Origin: Lytechinus pictus
Taxonomy: Eukaryota
Length of the DNA: 64,000 nucleotides
Direction of reading: 5' to 3'
Assembly: GCF_037042905.1 (NCBI RefSeq)
Contig: NC_087250.1
Location: 15,502,001 to 15,566,000, forward strand
The notes under the pieces are model-generated. The model saw only the letters and a program-made list of their open reading frames with translations, did no database searches and was not told where the DNA came from. Below, piece after piece: positions 1-12,727 of the stretch; within the stretch, counting starts at the first letter, position 1; every line of letters starts with the position of its first letter. A program made the translations under genes and the position numbers.

Positions 1-1101
1 ATAATGAATAAATAAATTAATCTTGAGAATCTAGTCTCGAAAAAAAAACCTATAAATTTTCAACTTTTATTCTTCAAATATTCATATTTATCGAGCACTC
101 TTATAAAAGCGGAGATATCCCGGGCCAGATCGAGGCCATTCTCCGTAAAAAAAGTATTAAAAAAAAGAAAGAAGAAGACAAAAAAATGACCCCGGGTATG
201 AGTTAAAGTGAAACCGTTTCTGGGTCATACAAAATTTTGAACAAACAAAGACACATCTAGGAAGTCTATTGTTGACTTTCACCAAAAGGGCACTGGTAAA
301 CATGATTGACCTTTACGGCATTATCAGCCTGTCCAACAGCAAATGATATTAGATTCTTCAAAATTAACATAAAATTACTCATTATACAGCCATATATCAT
401 TAAGGTTTACAAATATTTGATGTAGTTTGATAATTCTTATATGTATTTAGTTACGAAGTCCAATTGTAGTAATCATGGCCGTACGCATTTTTTTCCGGGG
501 AGGGGGGGGGGGGTGAGACCGATAGACTGTTTCGAAAGAACACGAAAGCTAGCTAGGGACCGGAGCGACTGAGATTGTCATGGGATTGTTTTTGCATTTT
601 CTAAATTGAAATCGAAGAATTTCGTGCACACATTGGTAAGTAAATTTTAAAAAAATCGGAAGGGGGAGGGGCAACTGCCCCTCGCTCCCACCCTTCCCCC
701 GTGATGCGAACGACCATGCATGGCCATATTCATTGAAACCTTAATAAATCTCAAGTAGGTGATATCCCGGGGTTATTCCGGTTCATGATTATGGACCCCG
801 CGCGGGAAAGCCAGGACAATATACCTTGCATGAGAGCAGTGAATGTCAACATATCGTAGGGCAAATTGCCATTTGGTCTTTACCCACTTTGTCTACATTC
901 TCTTTGGTCTAGTCCTAGTTCGTCTACCGACCATTGCCATTTAGCCCAATTACCTTACCATTTCGTATTTTTTATCAGTTAGGTTAATACACATCTTTGA
1001 AAATATTCACTTGTTCTGATATCGCCCAGTCTATATGAGTAGATGACCTGTTAATATGAACTAAATTTGTAGCTCTTTGACAAAGTGAAAAATAATAAGC
1101 G

Positions 1102-1345
1102 CAGTGGCAAAATGAGCCAACACATTTTGAGGGGGCTCGATATGGCCTACCGCGTAAAATTAATAAGAAGTTGCCAGCGAGCGAAGCGAGCGAGCAAAAA
1201 CTTCGACATTGTTTATTACAAAAATCCAAGTTTGTGATAGATTTTGACATAATATTCGGAAAATAATATCATATTTTATCCTTATCCCCTTCCTTTTCTT
1301 TTCTTTCTTGGTCGTGAAGAAGCCCCCCCTATCTGCACGCCCATG
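1102..1345. mobile_element. hAT-like MITE
   Basis: CAGTGGC...GCCCATG ends flanked by an 8-bp direct repeat AATAAGCG. Confidence 0.55.
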
Positions 1346-2185
1346 AATAAGCGGACATTAATCCGTCTGGACATTTAGCATAAATGACCGCTATTCCAAG
1401 TGATGGTTGGACGAAATGGTAATTAGACCTGATAGTAGGAAAGGTTGATTTTAATACCGTTTTGACAAATAGAAAAAACCTTGTATTTCCTCAGAATAGT
1501 TACAATTAAGTGGACCTAACTTCTTTTGGAAATAAACTCTCAATAGATACAGTATATGAATTTTCACCGAACACACAATTTTCCCCTATAAGGCCTACAT
1601 GAAATCACATTTTGGAGCAATTATCCTTGAATTTCAATTCAAATTGAATTAAAAATGATATGACTTTCCAAATCTTAATCAAATAGATAACGTAAATGCA
1701 AGATGAATATTCATTGAGTTCATTGATAAGGGGGGAAAAGACCAAGCTGAAAGTACAACTTGTAAATAACGCCGATCTCAAAAAGATGGTCCTAACTGGA
1801 TATTGAAACAACATATAGATACTTGTGTCTGAAAAATAATGGATAAAAACGTGTTACTTCATAACTGCTATATAATACTCGAGTCTCGCAAATTCAAATT
1901 TGGTTTCATAAAGTGCGTAATACTTAAAACAGGAAATCACGAAAGGTTGCTTAATTTAGCCTTATATGATACAAAACAATTTAAGGGGTGTAAATTGGTT
2001 TTAAACTGAGTGCCAAACTTGTCGGCAGGTCTAAATGACCCCAGAATTTCAAACCTTTGTTTTCAGACTTCGGTCTTTTAGAGATAAGGACCCACGCTTG
2101 GACAAAAGGAGGGACAATGGTGGGGAAAATCCCCCTTTTCTTCCTAAACTGGAATCGGCCCTCGATCAACTTTTATGGGACTCTG

Positions 2186-5100
2186 CCCAGGTAACAATAC
2201 AGCGTTGGACCAACGTTGGATCAACGTTGGGAAATTTTTTCCCAACGTTGCCTCAACGTTGGCAGGCAAACGTTGCATCATCGATAGAAGTGCACGCGCA
2301 TACATCGTCAGACCAACAACATTTCCAACGTCAGTTCAACGTTGTCCAGCAACAATGTTTCAACGTTGTCTGGCAACGTTGATCCAATGTTGGCTAAATA
2401 GTCAAATACAACATTGCTACAACGTTGTTAAGCAACGTTGCATCATCGATAGAAGTGCACGTCCATACATCGTCAGACCAACAACATTTCCAACGTCAGT
2501 TCAACGTTGTCCACCATCAATGCTCCAACGTTGGTATAATGTCGGCTGAGTCATCAATAACAGCGTTGCTGCAACGTTGATGGGCAACGTTGCAGCAGCG
2601 ATGGACGTGCACGTGCATACATCGTCAGTCCAACTATGTTTACAACGTTGGTTCAACGCTGTCCAGCAACAATGCTCCAACGTTGTCTGGCAACATTGCT
2701 CCAACATTGTTACAACGTTGTCACAACGTTGCTCCAACATTGCTCCAACGTTATTCCAACGTATGGCAGTAATTAACAAAACATTAATTGGTTTCAAGGT
2801 GAAGTCCACCACTACAACTCTACACTCTAATCTTTATCATCATGTCTTATCCTATCCTAAAATCCTACATCCTAATCCTATATCCTATTCCTATCATCCT
2901 ACACCTATCCACTGTATCCTATCATTGACTCCTATATATAGAGCAACTTTGCTATACTTGGCAGAATACAGTTAATATCATTTTCCACACATAACCTTGA
3001 AAATTTCACTTAGAATAATATGTTTTGATTATAAATGATATGGTAAAGGAGCCACATACTTTTCTGAAACTTTTCATGGTTGAAATATTGAATAAACATA
3101 AATACTCTAATTATTATAGCAATATTACCTAAAATTTTGGTCATTTTCTGATGTAATGAATATTCATGAGTGCATAATCATTATGTCCAGATGAGGCAGG
3201 TATGGCAGCGTTGGTCCAATGTTGGTCCAACGTTGGGTGACGTTGATCCAACGTTGGTATAATGTTGGTCCAATGTTGATGGAAAGTTGATTCAACTTTA
3301 GTCCAATCTTAGTCCAACGTTGGCGTAAACGTTGATTCAATGTTTGTCTAATATCGGTTAAATGTTGTTGTAACGTTGATTCTTTGTTGGTCTAATTTTA
3401 AACAAATCCAACGATGCGCCATCTCCATCAAACAGTTTTCAACACAGTGCCATCATCATCTGTAACCTGTTCATGATTCTATCAAAAAACATTACAACTA
3501 TTATTACAGCTATTCATTTCTTTTCATTCTTTCTGTTACAAGTCTCTTCACATAATTAAGAGGAATCAAGAGAATTACGTGTAATATTTATTGAGGCCTT
3601 TGTAGCATTCAAACCTTTTTGACATCCTCTTTTTCTCAAACAAGACTAATACCAAAAAAACATATGCATATGTAATAAGAATTAAGATGTATTACATTTT
3701 CTTGCGAGTTGCAATCTCTGTTTCTGTCTACAATTGTTTAATGACTCGGTATGCAATGCCAATTGCAACGTCAGTAATTATCACAAAAACTCACATGTGT
3801 AATTGCAGTCTCTCAGTATTTACAAAATCTAAAAAGGAGGTCGCGTAACTTGGCGTCACTCAGAGTAATGTCGCTACTGCCTACTGTAACTAAAGAGTGC
3901 CTCTTTTTGATTAAGATAGAAGTCAATTGATATCTCAATATGCATGGCCATGGCCTAGTCTCGCTCGTGCCATAACTATTAAATGATATTTCAGCGTCAA
4001 GTGTAGCATGCCTCACATAGCAACTACAGGTTTGACTGCAGTTGGAAAACACTCGGTCCAGGCTAGGCCAGGCAGGACCAAGCAGGTCAATTCAAGGCAG
4101 CGTATAATAAATAAGGCAGGAATGCCAGGTAGCAAGTCATTGGGTGATTTCAAGTATGGTGTACGGTGTTGAGAGCGTGAAAGGGCTGCTGAACTGAGCT
4201 CCAACACCAAGCGTAATATTATTTTTTATTGAAATGTATTAAAACTCTAATGATTTGCTCTCATCTTAAATGTAAAAGATAATTTTACGGAGATGGTTCG
4301 TCGTGTTCGCCCCCTGTTCGTGAGCTATAGTTCATCAACACCAACACTGAACTTTAAATCACGATTCTCCCAATCCCTGGGGGTCGGTGTTGCTGAATCG
4401 GGAAATTGCATGTAGATCATCAACACCATGCAGCCACAGTGCAGTGTTGGGTTCAGCAGATGACAATCAACACCAGCCTTCAACACAAACTGCCGGAAAT
4501 ACACCATATTTTCCGAGGCCAATCTCAACACCAGCCTGATTCAAGTACGGTGTTGTCACAACAACAACACCAGATTTCAACACTGTACTTGAAATTAATA
4601 AAATCACCCAATGACTGTTGCCTTGCCCTTGGTATCGCATACTCGTTCCCACTCACACGTATTGCGAGGTTAGTATTAGTCACTCACACAAGCTAATTAC
4701 GAGGTTAGTTAGTAGGCCTATAGTTACGTATTGTATTACCGGACACTATCATGATTCCGGACGCGCATAGTACTGCGTACGAAAACAATTTCGTACCGTA
4801 AGACTTCCGCAATTCAATTTCACAGAGCAATACATAGAACAAGATTGCTAAAACAAGGCGAAAAATCCAACTTTTACCTTATTTATCTCTAAAATGACAG
4901 AAAATGATTAAAATATCATATAAGGTAGTTTTGCATTAACAATTGATATATTTTCTGATGAAAAAATGGGCCTGATTTTGCCGAATTTCAGTCTCGTCCG
5001 CTCCTTTGATCGAATGATGAAGTGTGGTGTATTGTGGTTAATCGTCATTTTTAAAGCACTGAAATAAAGGTGTCCGGTAATACTAATAGGATACACTGCC

Positions 5101-7289
5101 ATATGTTATACTGTGCAGTGACTGGTGTTAAGTACTACTTTACTACTACTTACACGAATATAGTAGCGTCGGACTGTACGCGCACAGAAGCTGACTCCGG
5201 GATCTTTCGGAGGGGATCAATGGTTGCAGTTACCGATTATCTGCAAGTGCAAAGAAAATTCCACTGTAGATTTTAGGTCCTAAATATGCAGCTTATAAGT
5301 ACTGTTCCAGATCACTAGATATTCTGGAATTTAATTGTAATATCCAGTCCAAATTCTGCCAGATTCTTCAAGTTCAAAATTGAAGGAAGCAGACTACACA
5401 GACATGACAGAAGGAGTCCGGCGTCACGACTAATTCTGCGCATCAGAATAGTATGGTATTTTTAAATAGGCACATTTGATGCTTGTATTTCCTTCTTCAA
5501 TTTCTTCTAGTTATGTGACGTTAGGCCTATGACATATCTCGTACTTACTGTGAAAGGCCTAGCCAGCTGCAAAGGACGAGGGCGTTTCTGGAAATTCTGG
5601 TCTTGAACTACATTTTTTTCTTGTTTTTCTCTTTTAATTTCTATATTAATCGACACATTAATTTTGCATCCCCCGGTGCATGCAGCCTCTCTATTCTACC
5701 CCATCTTTATTTTTGTTTTCCCCTTAGACTTAGTTCCTCTTTCCCTTCCCATTATTTTCCTTCTCTCTCGATTTCTTTTCCCCTTATTGCTGGGGGATAC
5801 CAAGGGTGACATGGATAGACAAGCAAACTTACTTGATCGACCCCCCCCCCTGGCCTTGGCCCCATTGGAAATTATGCGAGTAGTCGTCTGTATATCATTA
5901 TCAATTCTCCAATTAACCAGTTTCTAACGTTCTCAACACTGGGTATATTATGCCGGGATATTATGTTGACTGTCAAACAAATATCCAACAAACTATAGTT
6001 TCCAACAACTCTCCAATAAATTATTCCAATTACGCTGTCCACGTTGTGCCATTGTCCGTTGTTCAACAACTCTCCATCAAACTAGTTTCCAACTTTGTCA
6101 ACGTTGTGCCATTGTCGACTGTCCAACAAATCTCCAAGAAAATAGTTTCCAACGTTGTTCCTTTGTCGGTTGTTCAGCAACTCTCCATCGAACTACTAGT
6201 TTCCGACGTAGTCAACGCTGTGCCTTTGTTGGCTGTTCAACACCTATCCAATCAAACACGCGTTTCCAACGTTGTGACGTTGTTGGCTGTCCAACAAATC
6301 TCCAACACACTAGTTTCCAATGTTGTGCCATTGTCTGTTGTTCAACAACTTTCCAACGTTGCCAACGTTGTGTCATCGTCGACTATCCTACTGATCTCCA
6401 ATCTACCAGTTTCCAACGTTGTGCCAGTGTCAGTTGTTCAACAACTTTCCATCTAACTAGTTTCTAGCTTTATCAACGTTGTGTCATTGTATACTATCTA
6501 ACTAATCTCCAATCTACCAGTTTCCAACGCTGTGCATGCCATCGTCGACTATCCAACAAATCTCCATCGAACTAGTTTCTAGCCTTTGACAACGTTGTGC
6601 CATAGTTGGTTGTTCAACAACTTTCCATCGAACTAGTTTCCAACGTTGCCAACCTTGTGTCATCGTCGACTATCCAACTAATCTCCAACCTACTAGTTTC
6701 CATCGTTGTGCCATTGTCGACTGTCCAACAACTCTCCAACTAACAAGTTTCCAACGTTGCCAACGTCGTGTCATTGTTGATTGTTCAACAACTTTCCAGC
6801 GAACTAGTTTCCAACGTTGCCAACGTTGTGCATTTGCTGGCTGTCAACAACTATCCAATCAAACGTGTCTCCAACGTTGTGACATTGTCGACTGTCCAAC
6901 AACTCTCCAACTTACTAGTCTCCAACGTTGTGCCATTGTCGACAGTCCAACAAATCTCCAACAAACTAGTTTCCAACTTTGTCAACGTTGTGCCATTGTC
7001 GGTTGTTCAACAACTTTCCAGCGAACTAGTTTCCAACGTTGTGCCATTGCTGGCTGTTCAACAGCTATCCAATCAAACGTGTTTCCAACGTTGTGACATT
7101 GTCGACTGTCCAACAACTCTCCAACTAACAAGTTTCCAACGTTGCCAACGTCGTGTCATTGTTGATTGTCCATCATCTTTCCATCAAACTAGTTTCCAAC
7201 GTCGATTCAACGTTAATCCATCAAGTTTTTCCAACGTCCAACGACTTTCAAGTTTCCAACGTGGAGCCAACGTTGGCTTGTTACCTGGG
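2186..7289. mobile_element. Non-autonomous CMC/EnSpm-like DNA transposon, family A copy 1
   Basis: TIR CCCAGGTAACAA...TTGTTACCTGGG; 2-bp TSD TG; AACGTT-rich subterminal arrays; colinear second copy at 18189-23087. Confidence 0.85.
5920..7280. repeat. AACGTT-rich subterminal tandem array (~51/60-bp units)
   Basis: Repeating unit like GTTTCCAACGTTGTGCCATTGTCGACTGTCCAACAAATCTCCAACAAACTA. Confidence 0.85.
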
Positions 7290-7387
7290 TGGTTACTTAT
7301 TCTATATCCAGAAGCAGTGGCGGGCCGTGACCCGGAGGAGACAATTGATTGGAGCGGCACTGTATTGTATGTGAACAACACTGTGCC

Positions 7388-7694
7388 CAGTCGCGTACCT
7401 GGGATTTTTCACAGGGGGGGGGGGGGCAAAACCGTCCGCCAAAAAAATTGACAAGCAAAAAAAAAAAAGAAAAAAAAAAGGTCTTCAATCACAAATGAAG
7501 GATTTCGTACCAGAAAAAAATTTGACAAGCAAAAAAAAAAAAAAAAAAAAAAAGGTCTTCAAGCTCGTCAGGGGGGGGGGGGCAATAAAGGTCTTCAAGT
7601 TCGTCAGGGGGGCAGGGATACGTCCTTTGCATGGGTTGTGGCTCGTCGGGGGGGGCAGACTGCCCCCTCTGCCCCCCCCGTAGGTACGCTAGTG
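7388..7694. mobile_element. hAT-like MITE
   Basis: CAGTCGCGTACCT...AGGTACGCTAGTG ends; perfect 8-bp TSD ACTGTGCC. Confidence 0.75.
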
Positions 7695-9331
7695 ACTGTG
7701 CCCCTCCAATGATTTGTCTCCTCTGGGTCAAGGTCCAAGTAACTGCAGATATGTACCCACTTTTCGTGTCGTACGTTGATAACGTCCTCTACCTTCCACT
7801 TGTAAGGTGGCACTTGAAGTCGACTTTTTCTTCTTCAGTATGTCACATGACTGAATCACGTGAACATATTTTCACGATTTCAAGGGTGTCGTTCGAATGA
7901 TCATTGCACCCTCGACACAAATAATTCAACTGGGTTCTCGAGAGCACAACTGATCGGTAAGTTTGCATAATTATGATTTTTCCCATTGATTTGTAATTCA
8001 ATAAATTAAATGTTATGGATATTTATTTTTAAGGTTAAAATTATATATGCGAAATGAAACGAAATATTCGTATTATACCATTATTCATTGCTATTACGAT
8101 TAGCATTATTTTGTTAATACTATCATTTTTATTATCATCAACATTATTATTAGTAATATAATGATGGTGCTTATTATTATCATTGTCATTTACCTACTGC
8201 AGTTTTCCATGAATGACCCAAAGAGCTATGTTACTGAGAAATATTTTTTGGGAAGTAATACCTTACAATCCTAGAAATATGGATTGGAAAATAAAATGTT
8301 CTAACGGGGAAGTTCACCGTCAGGATATAGGATGGTTTGAATAAAAGCAGAGGAAATAGAAAAAAATATTGCCGAAAGTTTTATACAAACAGGTCAAAGA
8401 ACAACGGAGTAGTATATGAATTTTAAAAGTTTTTATTTTGTGACGTCACCGACGAGCAGCTCCTAATGCCATGAATGCAGTTTGATGTAAACTCCCCCAA
8501 AATGGTGAAAATGATAGTTATTTTTTTTGGTATCATCAGACACACCATTTCGTAACCCGCTCTATTTGAAAATATTATTCTTGTTCCGATGTTCATTTTT
8601 TACAACCGGGGAGGTTCCCAGCCAGCATGTTCCGGCGGCCCGCAGGTACTTTTGCGGTCACCGGTGGCGACAGGTTGCAGCTGTTTGCCGTTCCTGTGCC
8701 GCTGCAGCCACTGATGGCCACCGACATTGTTGCGCCTGGTGTACGAAGCAAACTGGAACAAGCGGGCCACCTCCGGGCCGGCGTTTGTAATACGATTGTG
8801 TGGATTTTACCTGGATCGTACGGCGGCCCGCAGGTACATTTACGGTGGCTACAGGCGGCAGCTGTTTGCCGCTGCAGCCACTGATGGCCCACCGACATTG
8901 TTGCGCCTGGTGTACGAAGCAAACTGGAACAAGCGGGTCACTTCCGAGCCGGCGTTTAAATTCTAGGTGGCCCATCAGCGGCCTAAAAGCGGCAATCTCT
9001 GCGGCTGGTTGCGTGGAAGTGGCAGGTAAGTTGGTAGCAGTGGTCTGCTGATAGCAATGAGGTGGCATCAAGGTGGCTAGAAAGTGGCAAATGTGATATT
9101 TAGTAGAGCGAATATTGTGTGGATTTTGCATGGATCGTACATGATTTTGTTTTCGTTAGTTTTTCCTTATATCAAATGATTCCGTCAAAATATTATGTTG
9201 AGATGAATGAACTAATGGTAAAGGTACAACAGTTGCAACTCCTTATGAAACAGGCCCCATGCAGATATAATAATAATATTCCGCATTTATATAGCGCTTA
9301 ACACATCGGAACGACGTCTCTGAGCGCTTTA

Positions 9332-9739
9332 AGGCGACCGCACACCTTACGATTGGTCTGCGACCCGATTTCAGAATAAAATGTGATGCTAATATTGAGA
9401 CTTGGAATATCTTACTGTGTAATGTTCTAAATCATCGTACGAATACCTATATTCAAATCTGTGACTATGCTATCATCCTTCTTACAATAAAAGCGAATTT
9501 AATATTATCTAGTCGTAATGACGTCATAGCAGTCGTACGATTGGCTACGATTTGAAACTAATTTGGCTTTTACTCCAAAATAAAGGCTTGCAATCTTTCA
9601 AAATGGTTATTTTAGTATTCTTTCAATTAATTTCAACCTCAAATGAAATTATATGTTCCATTCACATTTTCAGAAAATGAGCAAAATGCGATTTGTTCCA
9701 AAATCGGATCGCGAACAGTCGTAAGGTGTGCGGTGGCCT
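9332..9739. mobile_element. PIF/Harbinger-like MITE
   Basis: TIR AGGC(G/C)ACCGCACACCTTACGA; 3-bp TSD TTA. Confidence 0.75.
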
Positions 9740-10640
9740 TTACATATATAATATTACCCCGGTCATCGGATCCTTGCGTACCCGCATACAACGTAGGCAC
9801 CTTCTCCACTCCCTGGGGAGCATTCCAACAAGAGTTCCAAGACTCAATTGCTAAGCATACTACACAGGCTTTCGCATCCTACCGGGTACCCATTTAACAA
9901 CTGGGTGGAGAGTGGCAAATTGTGGATTGACGCCTTGCCAAAGGACGCTAGGCCATGGTGGGATTCGAACACACAACCCTCTGATTACAAGGCGAGAGTC
10001 AGAACCGCTACACCACGGCGCACAGTGGGCCGGGGCGAAACAAAAGTGCGCCAAAAGTAATTTTGGGCAATTTTAGATTTTAAATTTTTTGTCATGCCCA
10101 GCTGAAAGACAACACTTTGAAGAATACTTCAGCAAAATATTTCATTCGGGAATTTGCATAAAGGTTGTAAATTTCCTACCTCAAATCGTAAAATGTGACA
10201 TTTTGCGAAATGCCGCGTATATGACAACTTAGTTGAAAAACAAGCCATTTCACAGGAGGTTTTTCATGCAGGAATCTGAAATGGCACCCACATAATCCTG
10301 ATATATTCTTTTTTCGTGTGAAATGGTTCAAAGTAGATAAAATACACATTTCAGGAGGTTTATATGATAATTATTCCTCGAAATAGGCTGATAATCCATT
10401 TTTTTTGCATTTACATTAGAAACGTTTAAATTTCCGTGAATTTCCGTTTAAATTCTATCATCATCATTTTGCCAGATGTCTAAGCTTTAAGTCGATACCA
10501 AATTTAGCTGCCCGTTTTCATGTTAGAGCCGGTTTTACTTGACACAACACCCCCAAAACCTGTTAAAAAAACTGTCATGTTTATACCTCGCAGTCATCCC
10601 AGCGCATCGTGTACATGGTGTGGGGTGTACATTGCCGTTC

Positions 10641-11614
10641 ATTCCCGACCTTTCGTTGGAGAACGCGAACGCTTATTTGCGACGGTAGTTTATTTTGGAA
10701 GAGACTTTTGGGCCCGTCGTCATGGTCGTAAAACTCTGTCCTGCAATGCAAATTGTGTGACATGCGATTTTTTTTCGTTTAGCATCTGGAACGGAAACAT
10801 CCAATTTGCATTTCGTGTGCAAAACTCTGGTTGCTACTATGAAAACAGCGATATATCCGATTTAGGACGACTTTCCAAAGCCACATTTGGTTCCTCCCAG
10901 AGCTCAAGAGGCCGCCCGGGGGCCCACTTCCATTGAAGAGTGGATACCAGGCGCGACCACGCGTAAAAAGGGAAAGAGTGGGCAAGTGCGTAACGTATAG
11001 GCCTATGTAACGTGTCAAAAACGATGTTTAAAATACTGAAAAGGAGGATATGTTTTCAATACTTGTAGGGTTTCACAAGCTCAATACTTGTTAAGAGATG
11101 CATTTTCATAATCTGGAAAAGACTTGCTTCCCTTGTTTAGGGTGCTTTTCGAAACCCCATGGTCGTGCCTGGTATCCACTCATCAATGGAAGTGGTCCCC
11201 CCGGGAATTTGAATCTAATCTCCCATTTCTGGGGAAAGTAAAACATAATGCCCATTACATTGTGTGCTAGAGGCATACCGTTTGTGTAGAAGGAGTAAAC
11301 ACAAGAAAAAAACCCGCAAATACGTCTGAATTTCAGTCGATTTTGAGGGGTTTTTTTTCTTTTGTTTACTCCTACTCAAACGATATGCCTCTAGCACACA
11401 ATGTATGGGCCTCTTGCATATGCTGTGTACATATCAACGCATGCGAAATGGTTTCGGCTGGAGAGGTGATCTGACCCATGGAATCAATTGCCAGTGATCC
11501 ACCAATAATCCACATTAAATGCAATACCGATTCGATGGACTGTAATGATCTATATCTAAGCCTTAATTCAGTAACTTTTTCCTCACTCAATATGTACTCG
11601 ATGTGTTTGAAAAA
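10641..11614 (+). repeat. Unclassified ~1-kb dispersed repeat
   Basis: Colinear with 26562-27350; a short diverged match lies near 18004-18100. Confidence 0.75.
10915..11205. mobile_element. MITE with CCCGGG termini
   Basis: CCCGGGGGCCCACTTCCATTGAAGAGTGGATACCAGGC...GCCTGGTATCCACTCATCAATGGAAGTGGTCCCCCCGGG; also present inside the 26.6-27.3 kb copy. Confidence 0.65.
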
Positions 11615-12296
11615 CAAAATAAAGGTTGGTAACGCATATAAGGGCTACCCGCTCCTCTTTCAGAGATAAAAGTTACTTGTAGAATAATTTCAGCCCAAAA
11701 CCCTCCTCATAGTAAAACATTCGTGGTGTTATATACTCTGTCTACACCGCTCGATAAAGCATGGTTAATATTTTTTTCCGATTTTTAAGTATTTTTTTAA
11801 ATGTAATGATCATTTTGATGCCATACAATTATTTTCAAGATCTCATACACACTTGTTAGGCATGTGAGAAGCATAAATCAACATTCACTCTGGTCAATCT
11901 TAAAGTAACACATAACACAAAGTTTATATTCTACACATTGTTTAGCGTAATTTGTCTTTTCACAGATAGGTTTTAAGTAGCCAATCAAAATTTGGCATCA
12001 AAGTGACGTCATATCGGCTTTAAATTATGTTCAGTCGATTCTACGCCCAAAATTACCCTTAATCAACATGTTAAAATAAAAATATAACACGAAATGTAAT
12101 TTTGGCGCACTTTCAACTCATTCTGGCCCACTGTGCGGCGCTTCCATCTAAAGGGGGAAAAAGAAAATAGTGACAGGAATGAAATAGGGGAAGGAAAGGA
12201 AAGATATAATTTATATTCTTTTTGTGCACTAAGACCTTAAAACTGTTTTTGCCTGCTTTATTTGGTGCCGAGATCTACATGCGATATAATCATAAG

Positions 12297-12448
12297 CATA
12301 GGCGGCGGAAGCGGGGGGAAGGGGGGACCTTAAGGTAGACCCCCTAAAATTGTTGTGGGACCCCCCTAAATTTTGGTTGATAACTTTTTTTTTTTGCTTG
12401 TCAAATTTTTTTGGTGGTCCCTCCTAATTTTTTTTCCCGCCGCCAATG
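12297..12448. mobile_element. hAT-like MITE
   Basis: CATAGGCGGCGG...CCGCCGCCAATG; 8-bp TSD ATCATAAG/ATTATAAG. Confidence 0.7.
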
Positions 12449-12579
12449 ATTATAAGAAACCAAAGTTATGTAAAAGTTTGGCGCCGAGTCCTCACGTCAC
12501 GCCTTCCGATTACGGCATGGAACGGTGCTCAGTTCGCGAATCCATAAAATAATAAAGCGCACATTTTAATCGAACGTTG

Positions 12580-12660
12580 ATTGGCTAGAAGTTGTTCGAG
12601 CTAAGTTTTGATTGGTGGATTTCTGGGCGTTACCGGTGATGCGGATTCCTCATTTGCTTA
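12580..12660 (+). promoter_or_regulatory. H2B promoter relic: two inverted CCAAT boxes and a degenerate octamer
   Basis: ATTGG at 12580 and 12611; CTCATTTGCTTAC at 12649-12661 (one mismatch to octamer ATTTGCAT), just upstream of the H2B ATG. Confidence 0.6.
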
Positions 12661-12727
12661 CATCATCTGTTATCGCGTCGATCATCGGTACTTTGCCATT
12701 ATCATTCTAGCACCAGCAGCAATCAAT

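Larger units (their letters stand above)
10021..12135. mobile_element. Non-autonomous Transib-like element with RSS-like TIRs
   Basis: Both ends read CACAGTGGGCC-N11-AAAGTGCGCCAAAA; 5-bp GC-rich TSD CGGCG (10016-10020, 12136-12140). Confidence 0.85.
9267..12145 (-). mobile_element. tRNA-derived SINE, interrupted by two insertions
   Basis: Minus-strand head GGAAGCGCCG|TGGTGTAGCGG (A box) ... GTTCGAATCCC (B box); CACCCAGTTGTTAAATGGGTACC central block; AAGCGCTATATAAAT + (TTA)n tail. Split by 9332-9739 and 10021-12135. Confidence 0.75.

Noticed and set aside
2035..2975. Overlapping Q/C/V-rich ORFs (also 5950-7451, 18208-18590, 21317-23169)
   Set aside because: Products of AACGTT arrays; frames differ between the two element copies
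5920..7280. CRISPR-like regular repeats
   Set aside because: No unique spacers, no cas genes, eukaryotic context
8527..9131. GC-rich ORFs on both strands
   Set aside because: Subterminal tandem repeats of family B
9955..10020. tRNA gene on the minus strand
   Set aside because: It continues into a SINE body and tail and is split by a transposon
10520..10936. 138-aa ORF as Transib transposase remnant
   Set aside because: No recognisable motifs; it overlaps the dispersed 1-kb repeat
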